In this document: positions 46,704 to 55,507 of the stretch, one piece after another
Layout: every line of letters starts with the position of its first letter
Numbering within the stretch: the stretch's first letter is position 1
Origin: Candidatus Adamsella avium
GTDB taxonomy: Bacteria > Cyanobacteriota > Vampirovibrionia > Gastranaerophilales > CAJFVJ01
DNA length: 64,000 bases
Reading direction: 5' to 3'
NCBI GenBank assembly: GCA_904420445.1
Contig: CAJFVJ010000001.1
Coordinates: 193,266 to 257,265 of the forward strand
The notes under the pieces: generated by a model
Told to the model about the DNA's origin: nothing
Seen by the model: the letters and a program-made list of their open reading frames with translations, nothing else
Databases searched by the model: none
Position numbers and translations under genes: made by a program

Positions 46704-46860
46704 TATTCTTTCCCCTATTATCAGAAGATATACTATTATTTTTGCATATTTTGCATACTTATTCTGTAGTTTGTTTAAATGATTTTTCCTTACAAAAACA
46801 AAAAATACTCTTATTCTAAAGATAATGATATAATTTACTTAAGAAAAAAGGAGAGCGAGT

Positions 46861-48819
46861 TTGAGTATCAAGTCTTTGAAAATATTCAATATGTCAACAC
46901 GCAGCAAACTGCTAATTCTAGGAATGCTTTTAAGCTCAGTTTTGATAGTAGTAACAGCGTACTTTGCCATCAACAATACCCAGAAAAAAATCTTCGACAG
47001 CTATTACAACTTCGGTCAGATGATGACAAAAACCATGGCGAAACAAACCGTTGATGAACTCCAGCTCGCAGAAACAAATACTGACCAAACTGAAAAATAC
47101 AAAAAAATTAAAAATAACGCAGAAACACTCGTCCAAAACAATGATGATATAGCTTTTGTCAGTTTCACCGATGCAACAGGCATACCTGTTTATTCAATAG
47201 AAAAAGAAAAATTCAAACCGCTCGATGACTTCAGCTTTAGTGCACCGGTATTTATAGAAAATGAAGCAGGTGATAAAATTCTCGCAGGCTCTCTTCAAGT
47301 AGGATTTACGGGACAAACCTTCAGGAATGTTCTCACAACATCAAAAAATTCCATGATATTTATCTTTATCATAGCCTGGATGCTCTCATGTCTGGCTGTA
47401 ATCGTGAATACAATCCTCCTCACAAGACAAATTACTCTTCTTACTGACGGCGTAAACAAAATCTCAACAGGAGAATTTGGCTATACATTCAACACAAATG
47501 ACCTATGGGGTGATATAAAAGAACTCTTCGAACAATTCAATGATATGTCTTCAAGACTAAGACGCTATGAAGAACAAAACATCGAAAAACTTACATCCGA
47601 AAGAAACAAACTCGAAACAGTCCTCATCAGCATAGCAAACGGAGTAATTGTCTGCAACAACTACGACCGTGTTATTTTATATAATAATGCAGCTCTCAAA
47701 ACTCTGAATGTAAGCGAAAGAGCCTTCAAAAATTCAAAAATACAGGAATATTGCGATTCAAACGGAGAATTATGCTTCCAGGAAGGAATAAGCAAGTTCA
47801 AAGACCTCCCGCTTGAAGAAATAGAAAATGAACCGCCAGAATTCCAAACCGTTATCGACGACAAAACCCTAAAAGCGACTATATCCCCTATGTTTAATAT
47901 CAACCAGCAGTATCAAGGGTACATAATCGTCCTTCATGACATAACCAAAGAATCTCAAATTGACCTGATGAAAAATAACTTTATATCAAACGTGAGCCAT
48001 GAACTGAGAACTCCTGTTACGGTATTAAGAAGCTACATAGACACTCTCTATAACCACGGAGATGAGTTTGATACAAACACTCAAAAAGAATTTATCGGCG
48101 TAATTAATCAGGAAATCATAAGAATGCAAAATCTTGTGAACAACATCCTCGACTTCTCAAGACTCGAAGCGCCCAATATAGACCTTCAAAAAGAATATAC
48201 AAGCATAGTATCAATCATCAACACCACCGTTGACTCAATGAAAGTGCTCGCTGATGAAAGAGACATCTCCTTCTCCGTCATAATAGAACCTGAACTGCCA
48301 AAAACCTATATGAACCCGGATAACATAGAAAGAGCGCTGAAAAACATTATCTCAAACGCTATCAAATATTCAAAAGACAACGGCAAAATTAAAATCAGAG
48401 CAGAAGTAGACAAAACAGGAAAAAATATAGAAGTCAGCGTCGAAGACAACGGCATAGGTATTGCTCCTGAACATCTCGACCACGTATTTGATCGCTTCTA
48501 CAGAATAGAAAACGAAATACATACAATCAAAGGAACCGGCCTCGGACTCCATCTTGTGAAAATAGCCATCGAAAAACACCACAACGGCAAAGTATTTGTT
48601 ACAAGCAAGCCGGGAGAAGGAAGCACCTTCGGATTCAGACTGCCGATTATTGCAGAAGGAGAACTTGAAGAAGAAAAAATCGAAGAAGTTTCTCCATCTC
48701 CTGATTCAAAAACAATACAGCAAATAGAAGAAGAACTCCTTGAAAACAACGGCTCTTCTGAAAATAACGAAAACAGCTTTACATACGATGACTGGGAAAT
48801 CTCCATTGAAAAAGAATAA
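46861..48819 (+). CDS. Membrane sensor histidine kinase (2 TM, HAMP, PAS, HisKA, HATPase_c)
   Basis: 652 aa; TTG start 6 nt after AAGGAG (alternative ATG 46891); TM helices at ~aa 15-35 and 165-190; H-box SHELRTPVTVL, GTGLGLHLVKIA; acidic C-terminal tail. Confidence 0.85.
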   Translation: MSIKSLKIFNMSTRSKLLILGMLLSSVLIVVTAYFAINNTQKKIFDSYYNFGQMMTKTMAKQTVDELQLAETNTDQTEKYKKIKNNAETLVQNNDDIAFVSFTDATGIPVYSIEKEKFKPLDDFSFSAPVFIENEAGDKILAGSLQVGFTGQTFRNVLTTSKNSMIFIFIIAWMLSCLAVIVNTILLTRQITLLTDGVNKISTGEFGYTFNTNDLWGDIKELFEQFNDMSSRLRRYEEQNIEKLTSERNKLETVLISIANGVIVCNNYDRVILYNNAALKTLNVSERAFKNSKIQEYCDSNGELCFQEGISKFKDLPLEEIENEPPEFQTVIDDKTLKATISPMFNINQQYQGYIIVLHDITKESQIDLMKNNFISNVSHELRTPVTVLRSYIDTLYNHGDEFDTNTQKEFIGVINQEIIRMQNLVNNILDFSRLEAPNIDLQKEYTSIVSIINTTVDSMKVLADERDISFSVIIEPELPKTYMNPDNIERALKNIISNAIKYSKDNGKIKIRAEVDKTGKNIEVSVEDNGIGIAPEHLDHVFDRFYRIENEIHTIKGTGLGLHLVKIAIEKHHNGKVFVTSKPGEGSTFGFRLPIIAEGELEEEKIEEVSPSPDSKTIQQIEEELLENNGSSENNENSFTYDDWEISIEKE

Positions 48820-48875
48820 CCAAATTGCTCTAAAGCATTAGTGTCAATTGTACAATTAATAAGCTTTTCGGACAT

Positions 48876-48919
48876 AAATAGCTCTTAAGACTAATAGATA
48901 TTATGCTTAAGAGCTATTT
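48876..48919 (+). terminator. Rho-independent terminator of the kinase gene
   Basis: AAATAGCTCTTAAG-16 nt-CTTAAGAGCTATTT, perfect 14-bp stem followed by TCATTTTT. Confidence 0.6.
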
Positions 48920-49005
48920 CATTTTTCATATTTTCAACTATGATAGATATGTTATACAAATTGGTTTTAGTTAGGAAATAGAGAACTTTCACTACTTACT
49001 TTAAA

Positions 49006-49013
49006 AAGAGTAA
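49006..49013 (+). promoter_or_regulatory. Extended -10 promoter element TGTATAAT
   Basis: Exact TGnTATAAT match, ~40 nt upstream of a small hairpin/T-tract and ~140 nt upstream of pepA. Confidence 0.3.
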
Positions 49014-49051
49014 TTTGTATAATTACAAATTTCTGCCTCATGATCTCTTCT

Positions 49052-49079
49052 TCCCCGTAAGTTTTTTTGCGGGGATTTT
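49052..49079 (+). terminator. Small hairpin plus T-tract (attenuator or tiny-transcript terminator)
   Basis: TCCCCG-12 nt U-rich loop-CGGGGA followed by TTTTA, 72 nt upstream of the pepA ATG. Confidence 0.35.
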
Positions 49080-49150
49080 AATTTGCTCAAAAAAGTATAT
49101 AATATAAGTTGTAATAATATTTGAAACAAGAGTTTAAGAGGATTAAAAAC

Positions 49151-50632
49151 ATGGAAATCAAAGTAATCCAAAACGAGCTGTCAAAAATTGACTGCGATGT
49201 CATAGTAGCAGGCTTGTTTGAACAACAACAGGAACTTAGCGGTCCCGCTGCTGAGTTGGATAATGCTCTGGGGGGCATTATATCACAATATGTAATCGAA
49301 AAAGACAAGTTTGAAGCAAAATTCGGACAAACATATATTCTTCAAACTTACGGAAAAATAGCAGCCTCAAAAGTTCTTCTGGTGGGACTCGGAAAACAGG
49401 AAGAAGTTGACATAGCAAAGCTTAGAGAACTCGGCGCAAAAATAGCAAAAAAATGCGATACTGCTCTCAAAGCAAAAATAGTATGCCTCACACCTTATGG
49501 CAAAGGCTTGGAAGGAATAAGCCTCTATGATGCTGTCAAAACTGTTGTCCACGGCGCATTAATCGGTGCCTACAAATTTGACAGATACCTCGCTGAAAAA
49601 ACTCCGTCAATTGAAGTCTTTGAAATAGTAGAAAATAATAACCCTCAAGAAGCTGAAAACGGAGCTAAAGCGGGACAAATTACAGGTGAAGCCGTTAATA
49701 TTACAAGAGATTTGATAAACGAACCTGCAAGCGTGGTAACACCTGAATACCTCGCTGAAACAGCTCTCCAAATCGAAGGTCTTGAAACAAAAGTTATGGA
49801 CGAAGATGAAGTAGGCGAAATGGGAATGGATGCATTCCTCGCCGTAAGCTACGGAAGTGCTGAAGAACCCAAGTTTATCCACATGAAATATACTCCTGAG
49901 GGTACACCGTCGAAAAAAATAGCCATCATAGGCAAAGGGCTGACATTTGACAGCGGCGGGCTTGATTTGAAGCCTCCAAAGTCAATGCGTAACATGAAAA
50001 CTGATATGTCAGGTGCAGCAGCGGTTATTGGTATTATGAGCAAAATCCGTGAACTAAAACCAAACGTCGAAGTACACGCCCTGATAGCAGCAACTGAAAA
50101 TATGCCCGGATGTGCCGCCTACAAACCGGGTGACATCATCAGAGCTTTGAACGGTAAAACCATCGAAGTAGACAACACGGATGCAGAAGGCAGACTTACA
50201 CTCGCTGATGCAATTGCCTATGCCGCCAAACTGGATGTTGACGAAATCATCGATATAGCAACACTCACAGGCGCCTGCATCGTCGCTCTCGGAGAAGAAG
50301 CGGCAGGAATTATGGGCAACAATCAGGAACTCATCGACAACCTGATTAAAGCAGGCGAAAAAGGTGCCGAAAGATTCTGGCAGCTCCCGCTATACCCGGA
50401 ACATGCAACAGCAATCAAAAGCCCTGTAGCAGACATCAAAAATACGGGAAGCACAACAGGAGGCGGTGCTATGACTGCAGCCGCATTCCTGAAAGAATTT
50501 ACGGATAACAAAAACTGGGCGCATATCGATATCGCAGGACCCGCATATCTCGAAAAAGAAATGAGAGGAACTCCAAAAGGCGCATCAGGATTTACCGTAG
50601 CAAGCTTGATAGAATATTTGATGGCGCAATAA
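49151..50632 (+). CDS. pepA: Leucyl aminopeptidase (M17)
   Basis: ATG at 49151 (MEIKVIQ) follows AAGAGG and is preferred over TTG 49121; M17 signature NTDAEGRLTLADA, GKGLTFDSGG. Confidence 0.95.
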   Translation: MEIKVIQNELSKIDCDVIVAGLFEQQQELSGPAAELDNALGGIISQYVIEKDKFEAKFGQTYILQTYGKIAASKVLLVGLGKQEEVDIAKLRELGAKIAKKCDTALKAKIVCLTPYGKGLEGISLYDAVKTVVHGALIGAYKFDRYLAEKTPSIEVFEIVENNNPQEAENGAKAGQITGEAVNITRDLINEPASVVTPEYLAETALQIEGLETKVMDEDEVGEMGMDAFLAVSYGSAEEPKFIHMKYTPEGTPSKKIAIIGKGLTFDSGGLDLKPPKSMRNMKTDMSGAAAVIGIMSKIRELKPNVEVHALIAATENMPGCAAYKPGDIIRALNGKTIEVDNTDAEGRLTLADAIAYAAKLDVDEIIDIATLTGACIVALGEEAAGIMGNNQELIDNLIKAGEKGAERFWQLPLYPEHATAIKSPVADIKNTGSTTGGGAMTAAAFLKEFTDNKNWAHIDIAGPAYLEKEMRGTPKGASGFTVASLIEYLMAQ

Positions 50633-50695
50633 TAAACATGGTTCAAAAAGGGAAGGGCAAAAACTCTTCCCTTTTTCGCATAAAAGGAGTCTAAA

Positions 50696-51385
50696 ATGAA
50701 TATAGTAGGAATTATCCCTGCACGTGGAGGTTCAAAACGCTTACCGGGCAAAAATATAAAACTGCTCGCCGGAAAACCGCTCATAGCACACACTATCGAA
50801 ACAGCACAAAAATCAAAATATATAAACAAAATAATTCTCTCAACAGAAGATGAAAAAATTGCAGAAATCGCAAGACAATTTGGAGCAGAGGTAATCAACA
50901 GACCTCAAGAACTTGCGCAGGACACAACAAAAACAGCACCCGTACTTTTGCATGCGGTTGATGAACTCGAAAAATCAGGATATTTTCCTGATATAGTGGT
51001 TCTCCTGCAAGCAACCTGCCCGAACAAACCTGTCGAGTTGATAGACGAGATTATAGAAAAACTCATAAATTCAGATAACGACTCCGTTTTCAGCGCATTT
51101 CCGATATGCTGTACCATGGCAATGTGGAAAAAGCAATTTGATGGCAAAATGCAGGCGCTATATGACTACCACACCCGTCCCAGATGGCAAAACGCAGCAG
51201 AAGAATGCGAAACTCTCTACGGGGAAACAGGTGCTGTCTATGCAATCAAAATTGATGCCTTCAAAAAATGCAAAGATTTTATCGGAGAAAATCCAGATAT
51301 CGTAACAACTGATGTCAAGCTCATTGACATCGACACACAGGCAGACTTTGACGCAGCAGAAAAATTGATGATGAAAAACAAATAA
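50696..51385 (+). CDS. Acylneuraminate cytidylyltransferase-family CMP-sugar synthetase
   Basis: 229 aa; IIPARGGSKRLPGKN N-terminal motif and the CMP-NeuAc/CMP-legionaminate/pseudaminate synthetase pattern. Confidence 0.8.
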   Translation: MNIVGIIPARGGSKRLPGKNIKLLAGKPLIAHTIETAQKSKYINKIILSTEDEKIAEIARQFGAEVINRPQELAQDTTKTAPVLLHAVDELEKSGYFPDIVVLLQATCPNKPVELIDEIIEKLINSDNDSVFSAFPICCTMAMWKKQFDGKMQALYDYHTRPRWQNAAEECETLYGETGAVYAIKIDAFKKCKDFIGENPDIVTTDVKLIDIDTQADFDAAEKLMMKNK

Positions 51386-51415
51386 AAAAGGAACTCATTT
51401 AAGAGTTCCTTTTTT
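51384..51415. terminator. Bidirectional rho-independent terminator
   Basis: AAAAAAGGAACTC-atttaa-GAGTTCCTTTTTT between two convergent genes. Confidence 0.7.
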
Positions 51416-51433
51416 ATACGATTTCAGAAAAAT

Positions 51434-52189
51434 TTAGATAAACATCTCTTCTTTTTCTTCCGCATTTTCATGCTGTTCGACAAATGAGCGGACTACAGCA
51501 ATCATTTCGATTACTGAAGAGAGTTTGTTAATGCATGAACCTACACCAATTGCGCTTGCACCTGCTGCAAAAGCCATACGTGATGTAGTAGGAGTAATTC
51601 CGCTTGCTGTCATAATCGGAACTTCTACATTTCTTGAAAGTTCGATTGTATTTGCAATTGATACATTAGCTTTCTCAAGCAAGCCGCGGGCACCGGTGTT
51701 TGAAACATTAGCCACACAAGCACCTTCTGTTTGAATCAAATCAACACCCATTTCTTCCAATTTTTTTGCAAGCTCGATTTGTTCGTTGATATCAATATGT
51801 CCGGGAACAGTTACACTCAAGAAAATGTCATGTCCGACCAAATCTATTGTTCTTGATGTAATATCAAGAATTTCTTCAGCTGTCACTCTCATGCCTTTTT
51901 TGTACATAGCATCAAAGTTGCCGATTTCGAGCATATCAGCGCCGTTTTCTTTTGCCATCAAAAGTTTTTCAGGTTCAATTGATGATACGCAGACAGCTAT
52001 GTTGCTCAATTCTTTTGCGATATAGATTATATCTTCTCTTGCAGCAACGTCAACTGCGCTTGCACCGCCCATATCAGCTGCCGATACAACTCTTTTTACG
52101 CTCTCGATATCATAATTATCAATACCTGCAATTACTTTGAGTGCGCGTTTTGCTTTCAAATCTTTTTTAAATTGCTCTATTCTGTTCAT
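51434..52189 (-). CDS. DUF561 / Ycf23-like TIM-barrel protein
   Basis: 251 aa; ALKVIAGIDNYD...VVSAADMGGASAVDVAA pattern as I recall it for the cyanobacterial/plastid ycf23 family. Confidence 0.75.
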   Translation of the reverse strand: MNRIEQFKKDLKAKRALKVIAGIDNYDIESVKRVVSAADMGGASAVDVAAREDIIYIAKELSNIAVCVSSIEPEKLLMAKENGADMLEIGNFDAMYKKGMRVTAEEILDITSRTIDLVGHDIFLSVTVPGHIDINEQIELAKKLEEMGVDLIQTEGACVANVSNTGARGLLEKANVSIANTIELSRNVEVPIMTASGITPTTSRMAFAAGASAIGVGSCINKLSSVIEMIAVVRSFVEQHENAEEKEEMFI

Positions 52190-52286
52190 TTGACCTCCTG
52201 AGTGAACAATATTTATTTCTGCAAAATATTATAACACTAAAAATTGTGATATGATATATTTTGTAAAGCTTAAAAGGTCTAAAAAA

Positions 52287-52736
52287 ATGAATCTTCAAGA
52301 AGCTGTTGATGAGATATGGGAAAACCGTAAATACGAACCGTCTTCATACATCGAAGCCATAAGCCATCTTAATGAAGAAGTGGCAGAAAGCCTCAAAGCA
52401 ATCCTCAGCGGGAATAAAGAAACAGCTCAGGCAGAACTTGAGGATGCTCTTTCATGTATGTTTATTGCATTCAAAATGATGGATATTGACCTTGATGAAG
52501 TTGTGGAACGTCAGGTCAACCAGATGAAAAGTGCGCCAAAGAAGACCATGCATATCTTTTCTGATAAAGTAGAAATCCGTGTAGGCGACGAAGTTAAAGG
52601 CGGGTGGGCTATCTGGACATCGCAGGATATCAAAGATGCACAAAAAATGGCAAAAGAATTCAAATGCAAAATAATCTGGGAAGGAGCAAACCAGCTTAGT
52701 CTCAGCGATACACTGAAAAACGGCGGACAATCATGA
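52287..52736 (+). CDS. MazG-like nucleotide pyrophosphohydrolase-domain protein with extra C-terminal domain
   Basis: Start placed at the internal ATG (MNLQEAV). The N-terminal four-helix pattern (EEVAESLKA...ELEDALSCMFIAF) resembles small MazG-type proteins; the C-terminal ~60 aa are unassigned. Confidence 0.55.
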   Translation: MNLQEAVDEIWENRKYEPSSYIEAISHLNEEVAESLKAILSGNKETAQAELEDALSCMFIAFKMMDIDLDEVVERQVNQMKSAPKKTMHIFSDKVEIRVGDEVKGGWAIWTSQDIKDAQKMAKEFKCKIIWEGANQLSLSDTLKNGGQS

Positions 52737-53479
52737 GAATAAACAAATTTATAGCATCATCAGGAATTGTTTCACGAAGAAAAGCCGACGAGCTTATTAA
52801 AGAAGGGAAAGTCAAAGTCAACGGCGAGATTATCACAACACCCGGGTATGACGTCGGACCAAAAGATAAAGTCAAAATCAACGGAGAACTCTTAAGACCG
52901 AAAAAATTCGAATACCTGATTTTTCACAAACCACCGGGTTATATAACAACAAAATCAGACGAAAAAGGCAGAAAAACCATATATGACTTGCTTCCTGAGG
53001 AATATCACCATCTGAATCCGGCAGGCAGACTTGATAAAGACTCTACAGGTCTTCTGTTTTTGAGCAATGATGGTTATCTTGTGCAAAAGATGACACACCC
53101 GAAGGCTCATATCCCAAAAATTTATCTGGTGCATGCAAAAGGAAAAATAAACTCTATCGAGCTGCAAAAGCTGGTTGACGGTATAGAAATTGAAGAGGGA
53201 AAAATTGCTTATGCCGATGTTTGCTTGATTGAGTCTACAAATGCGCAAACAACTCTTCAAATGACACTGTTTCAGGGTTACAACCGTCAAATAAGAAAAA
53301 TGCTTGATGCCGTAGGACATCCGGTTATTTCGCTAAAAAGAATTGCCCATGGAAATTTGACCCTTCAAAATCTTGAAAGAGGAAAGTTCAAAGTACTCAA
53401 ACCAAAGCAGGTAACAGATTTGAAGAATTATGTCAAAAAAGTGCTTGCTGACAACAACATCCCGTTTATTATGCAGTAA
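52733..53479 (+). CDS. rRNA pseudouridine synthase, RsuA/RluB family (S4 domain plus catalytic domain)
   Basis: 248 aa; S4 domain MRINKFIASSGIVSRRKADELI, catalytic GRLDKDSTGLL. Confidence 0.9.
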   Translation: MRINKFIASSGIVSRRKADELIKEGKVKVNGEIITTPGYDVGPKDKVKINGELLRPKKFEYLIFHKPPGYITTKSDEKGRKTIYDLLPEEYHHLNPAGRLDKDSTGLLFLSNDGYLVQKMTHPKAHIPKIYLVHAKGKINSIELQKLVDGIEIEEGKIAYADVCLIESTNAQTTLQMTLFQGYNRQIRKMLDAVGHPVISLKRIAHGNLTLQNLERGKFKVLKPKQVTDLKNYVKKVLADNNIPFIMQ

Positions 53480-53580
53480 AAATTTGCTGCTTAACAAATC
53501 AAACTGCCTGACTTTATATGCCATTCGATTCAGGTTCAAAACCTGCTGTTATAATTTCTCAATATAACTCCAGAGAACTA

Positions 53581-53607
53581 TAAAGTTTTTCAAAAAACAT
53601 CCGATAT
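53581..53607 (+). promoter_or_regulatory. Sigma-28 (FliA/SigD)-type promoter
   Basis: TAAAGTTT (53581-88), 11-nt spacer, tCCGATAT (53600-07), versus the consensus TAAAGTTT-N11-GCCGATAA. About 140 nt upstream of the ORF at 53750. Confidence 0.55.
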
Positions 53608-53712
53608 ACTATATTGTCAACTATTTTTCATATAAATACTCCATATAGATGATTTTTTCAGAATCAAAACCACTTTTTGGTTTAAAAATTAATTTATGTG
53701 GAACATGAAAGA

Positions 53713-53733
53713 TAGGCTATGTTTTATAGTCTA
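53713..53733 (+). promoter_or_regulatory. 5' UTR hairpin just upstream of the RBS of the 53750 ORF
   Basis: TAGGCTAT-gtttt-ATAGTCTA, 8 bp including one G-U pair that forms only in the plus-strand RNA; ends 5 nt before AAAGGAG. Confidence 0.3.
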
Positions 53734-53749
53734 AACAAAGGAGTTATTA

Positions 53750-54106
53750 ATGGTTAGTTCTATAAACGGAATAAACGGCGGTAGTTATTCGAACTATAAT
53801 GTTAATAATATAAGCACCGGCAACTCAAAACTTGATGAGTTGATAAAAAGTCTTGTGTCCCAAGGCTATAGCCTGTCCGAAGCAAAAGCTATAGCCGAAG
53901 CAGAACTCGAAGCAGAGGCTGCAGAAGGCGCAAGCGAAACAGAAGAAACAACCTCTCAGGGTGTTTCTTCCTACGGTGTTTCTTCGGCATACAGCAGCAC
54001 AGGCAGTGAAGGTATCGGAATATCAAGCTTGCCTACGGACTCAGCCGGCATGGTCGGACAAATGCAGGTTGCAGACCTCAACAAATATTTTATGCTCGGT
54101 ATGTAA
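53750..54106 (+). CDS. Small S/G/Y/E-rich hypothetical protein (possible flagellar-regulon member)
   Basis: 118 aa; good RBS (AAAGGAG, 7-nt spacing); low-complexity N-terminus GINGGSYSNYNVNN, acidic helix AEAELEAEAAEGASETEE, S/Y/G-rich middle; no TM or signal peptide. Confidence 0.6.
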   Translation: MVSSINGINGGSYSNYNVNNISTGNSKLDELIKSLVSQGYSLSEAKAIAEAELEAEAAEGASETEETTSQGVSSYGVSSAYSSTGSEGIGISSLPTDSAGMVGQMQVADLNKYFMLGM

Positions 54107-54108
54107 TA

Positions 54109-54864
54109 TCAGCTGTTTGTTTTCTCTAAAATGACATAAACGGGATGATATGTGAGGTAAACGCCTTCTGATGATGTATAAAATCTTTTGTACTGCGATT
54201 CAAAATTTTTTAAACCGCTTTTGCTCCATCTATACTCGGTTAGAGCATTTGTTCCCGTGAATTTTATGTGCTTGAGAACGTCTATCGGACTCTCAAAATT
54301 CAGCTTTATTATCTCGTCCTGAACAAGAAGTATCTTATAATCACTGAACAACTCTCGTAGTTGGTCGACAGAATAATACTTCAAACCTCGCTGAAGTATT
54401 TTTGACATCTGCTCAAGATTTCGATTGCCAAAAATAGAAAAAGCAAGAATCCCCCTGTCTTTCAGCATATTATTCAGCTTTGAAACAACACTCTTCAAAT
54501 CCTCTGCCCACTGAAGCGTTGCATTTGACACAATCAAATCAAACTTCTCATCAAGCGCAAGTTCTTCAACATCACCTTCGAGAAATTCAACCTCTGGTGA
54601 TATCATATCAACATAATCGGCGCACTCTGGAATAATATCATTTGCCACATATCTGTTAAATGAAAAATTCTGAATAAAATATTCCGTCAAAAATCCCGTA
54701 CCGCATCCGATTTCCAAAACAGAATCCGCATGCTCAAGCGGGATATCTTTGATAAACTCCCCCAAACGATTTGTCATATGCCGCTGCACAACAGCATTTT
54801 GTCCGTAAGTGGTAAGACTCTTCCTAAAACGCTTGGCTACCAAATTTTTATCTAGGTTTGTCAT
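54109..54864 (-). CDS. bioC: Malonyl-[ACP] O-methyltransferase BioC
   Basis: 251 aa; class I SAM motif VLEIGCGTGFLT; last gene of the bioF-bioG-bioC run. Confidence 0.8.
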   Translation of the reverse strand: MTNLDKNLVAKRFRKSLTTYGQNAVVQRHMTNRLGEFIKDIPLEHADSVLEIGCGTGFLTEYFIQNFSFNRYVANDIIPECADYVDMISPEVEFLEGDVEELALDEKFDLIVSNATLQWAEDLKSVVSKLNNMLKDRGILAFSIFGNRNLEQMSKILQRGLKYYSVDQLRELFSDYKILLVQDEIIKLNFESPIDVLKHIKFTGTNALTEYRWSKSGLKNFESQYKRFYTSSEGVYLTYHPVYVILEKTNS

Positions 54865-55507
54865 TGATTATCTCTTCCCAACATGAATAATTCAAAAAAG
54901 GATAATGCCCGGCAGGCAGGTGTATTATCTGAGCTTGAGGCTGAGTGTTCCAAAAATTAATCTGATTTTTTGTAGGAATAATAATATCCTTATCAGATAT
55001 TATCGCACAATCATATTTAAAATCCTCATCGGACTTATAATCCATCAAAGATACAAGCTCTTCACGCTGATCTTCAAGCTCTCGGGCGGGAGGCTTTATT
55101 TTCTCAAGTTCATAAGCACTCTTGAACATATTCTCCAAAAATTTTATTTTTGATATTTCCCCGAAACCTTTTACCATAAGAATATATACAGCTTTCACTA
55201 TACCGTATTTATCATCAATCGGACGAAGAGTACCGTTTATGGCAACGGATTTTTTGAACGGACCGAGTTTCTTTGAAAATATACTGCCGACCATAACACC
55301 CATCGACCACCCGACAAGGTACTTTATCTTATATCTTTTTATATCATCAAAAACCGTTTCATCACAATCAAGATTCCTGTAATCATAAAACATAATTAAA
55401 TCGGACTGAGCGCTGAGGTGTTCCACCACATTCTTATCCATCCCCCACCCGCAAAAGAAAACTATCACCGACTCTGTGTTCTCTTTTCTTATCCATATAT
55501 GTTTCAT
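54848..55507 (-). CDS. bioG: Pimeloyl-[ACP] methyl ester esterase, BioG type (DUF452)
   Basis: 219 aa; alpha/beta-hydrolase with nucleophile elbow GWSMG, lying between bioF and bioC as in BioG-type operons. Confidence 0.7.
   Translation of the reverse strand: MKHIWIRKENTESVIVFFCGWGMDKNVVEHLSAQSDLIMFYDYRNLDCDETVFDDIKRYKIKYLVGWSMGVMVGSIFSKKLGPFKKSVAINGTLRPIDDKYGIVKAVYILMVKGFGEISKIKFLENMFKSAYELEKIKPPARELEDQREELVSLMDYKSDEDFKYDCAIISDKDIIIPTKNQINFWNTQPQAQIIHLPAGHYPFLNYSCWEEIINDKPR

Noticed and set aside
46727-46760. Tandem TTTTGCATA TTTTGCATA in the divergent spacer between the histidine phosphatase and the kinase, as a possible operator
   Set aside because: There are only two short AT-rich units in an AT-rich promoter region, which is insufficient evidence for a binding site.
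46779-47054. 91-aa plus-strand ORF overlapping the 5' end of the HAMP/PAS kinase in another frame
   Set aside because: The kinase frame has a proper RBS (AAGGAG) and a TM-helix-encoding start. The alternative ORF lacks support and would overlap it by ~190 nt.
50323-50898. 191-aa minus-strand ORF spanning the pepA end and the cytidylyltransferase start
   Set aside because: It is antisense to two confidently identified genes and has the hydrophobic, Ser/Pro/Cys-rich composition typical of antisense frames.
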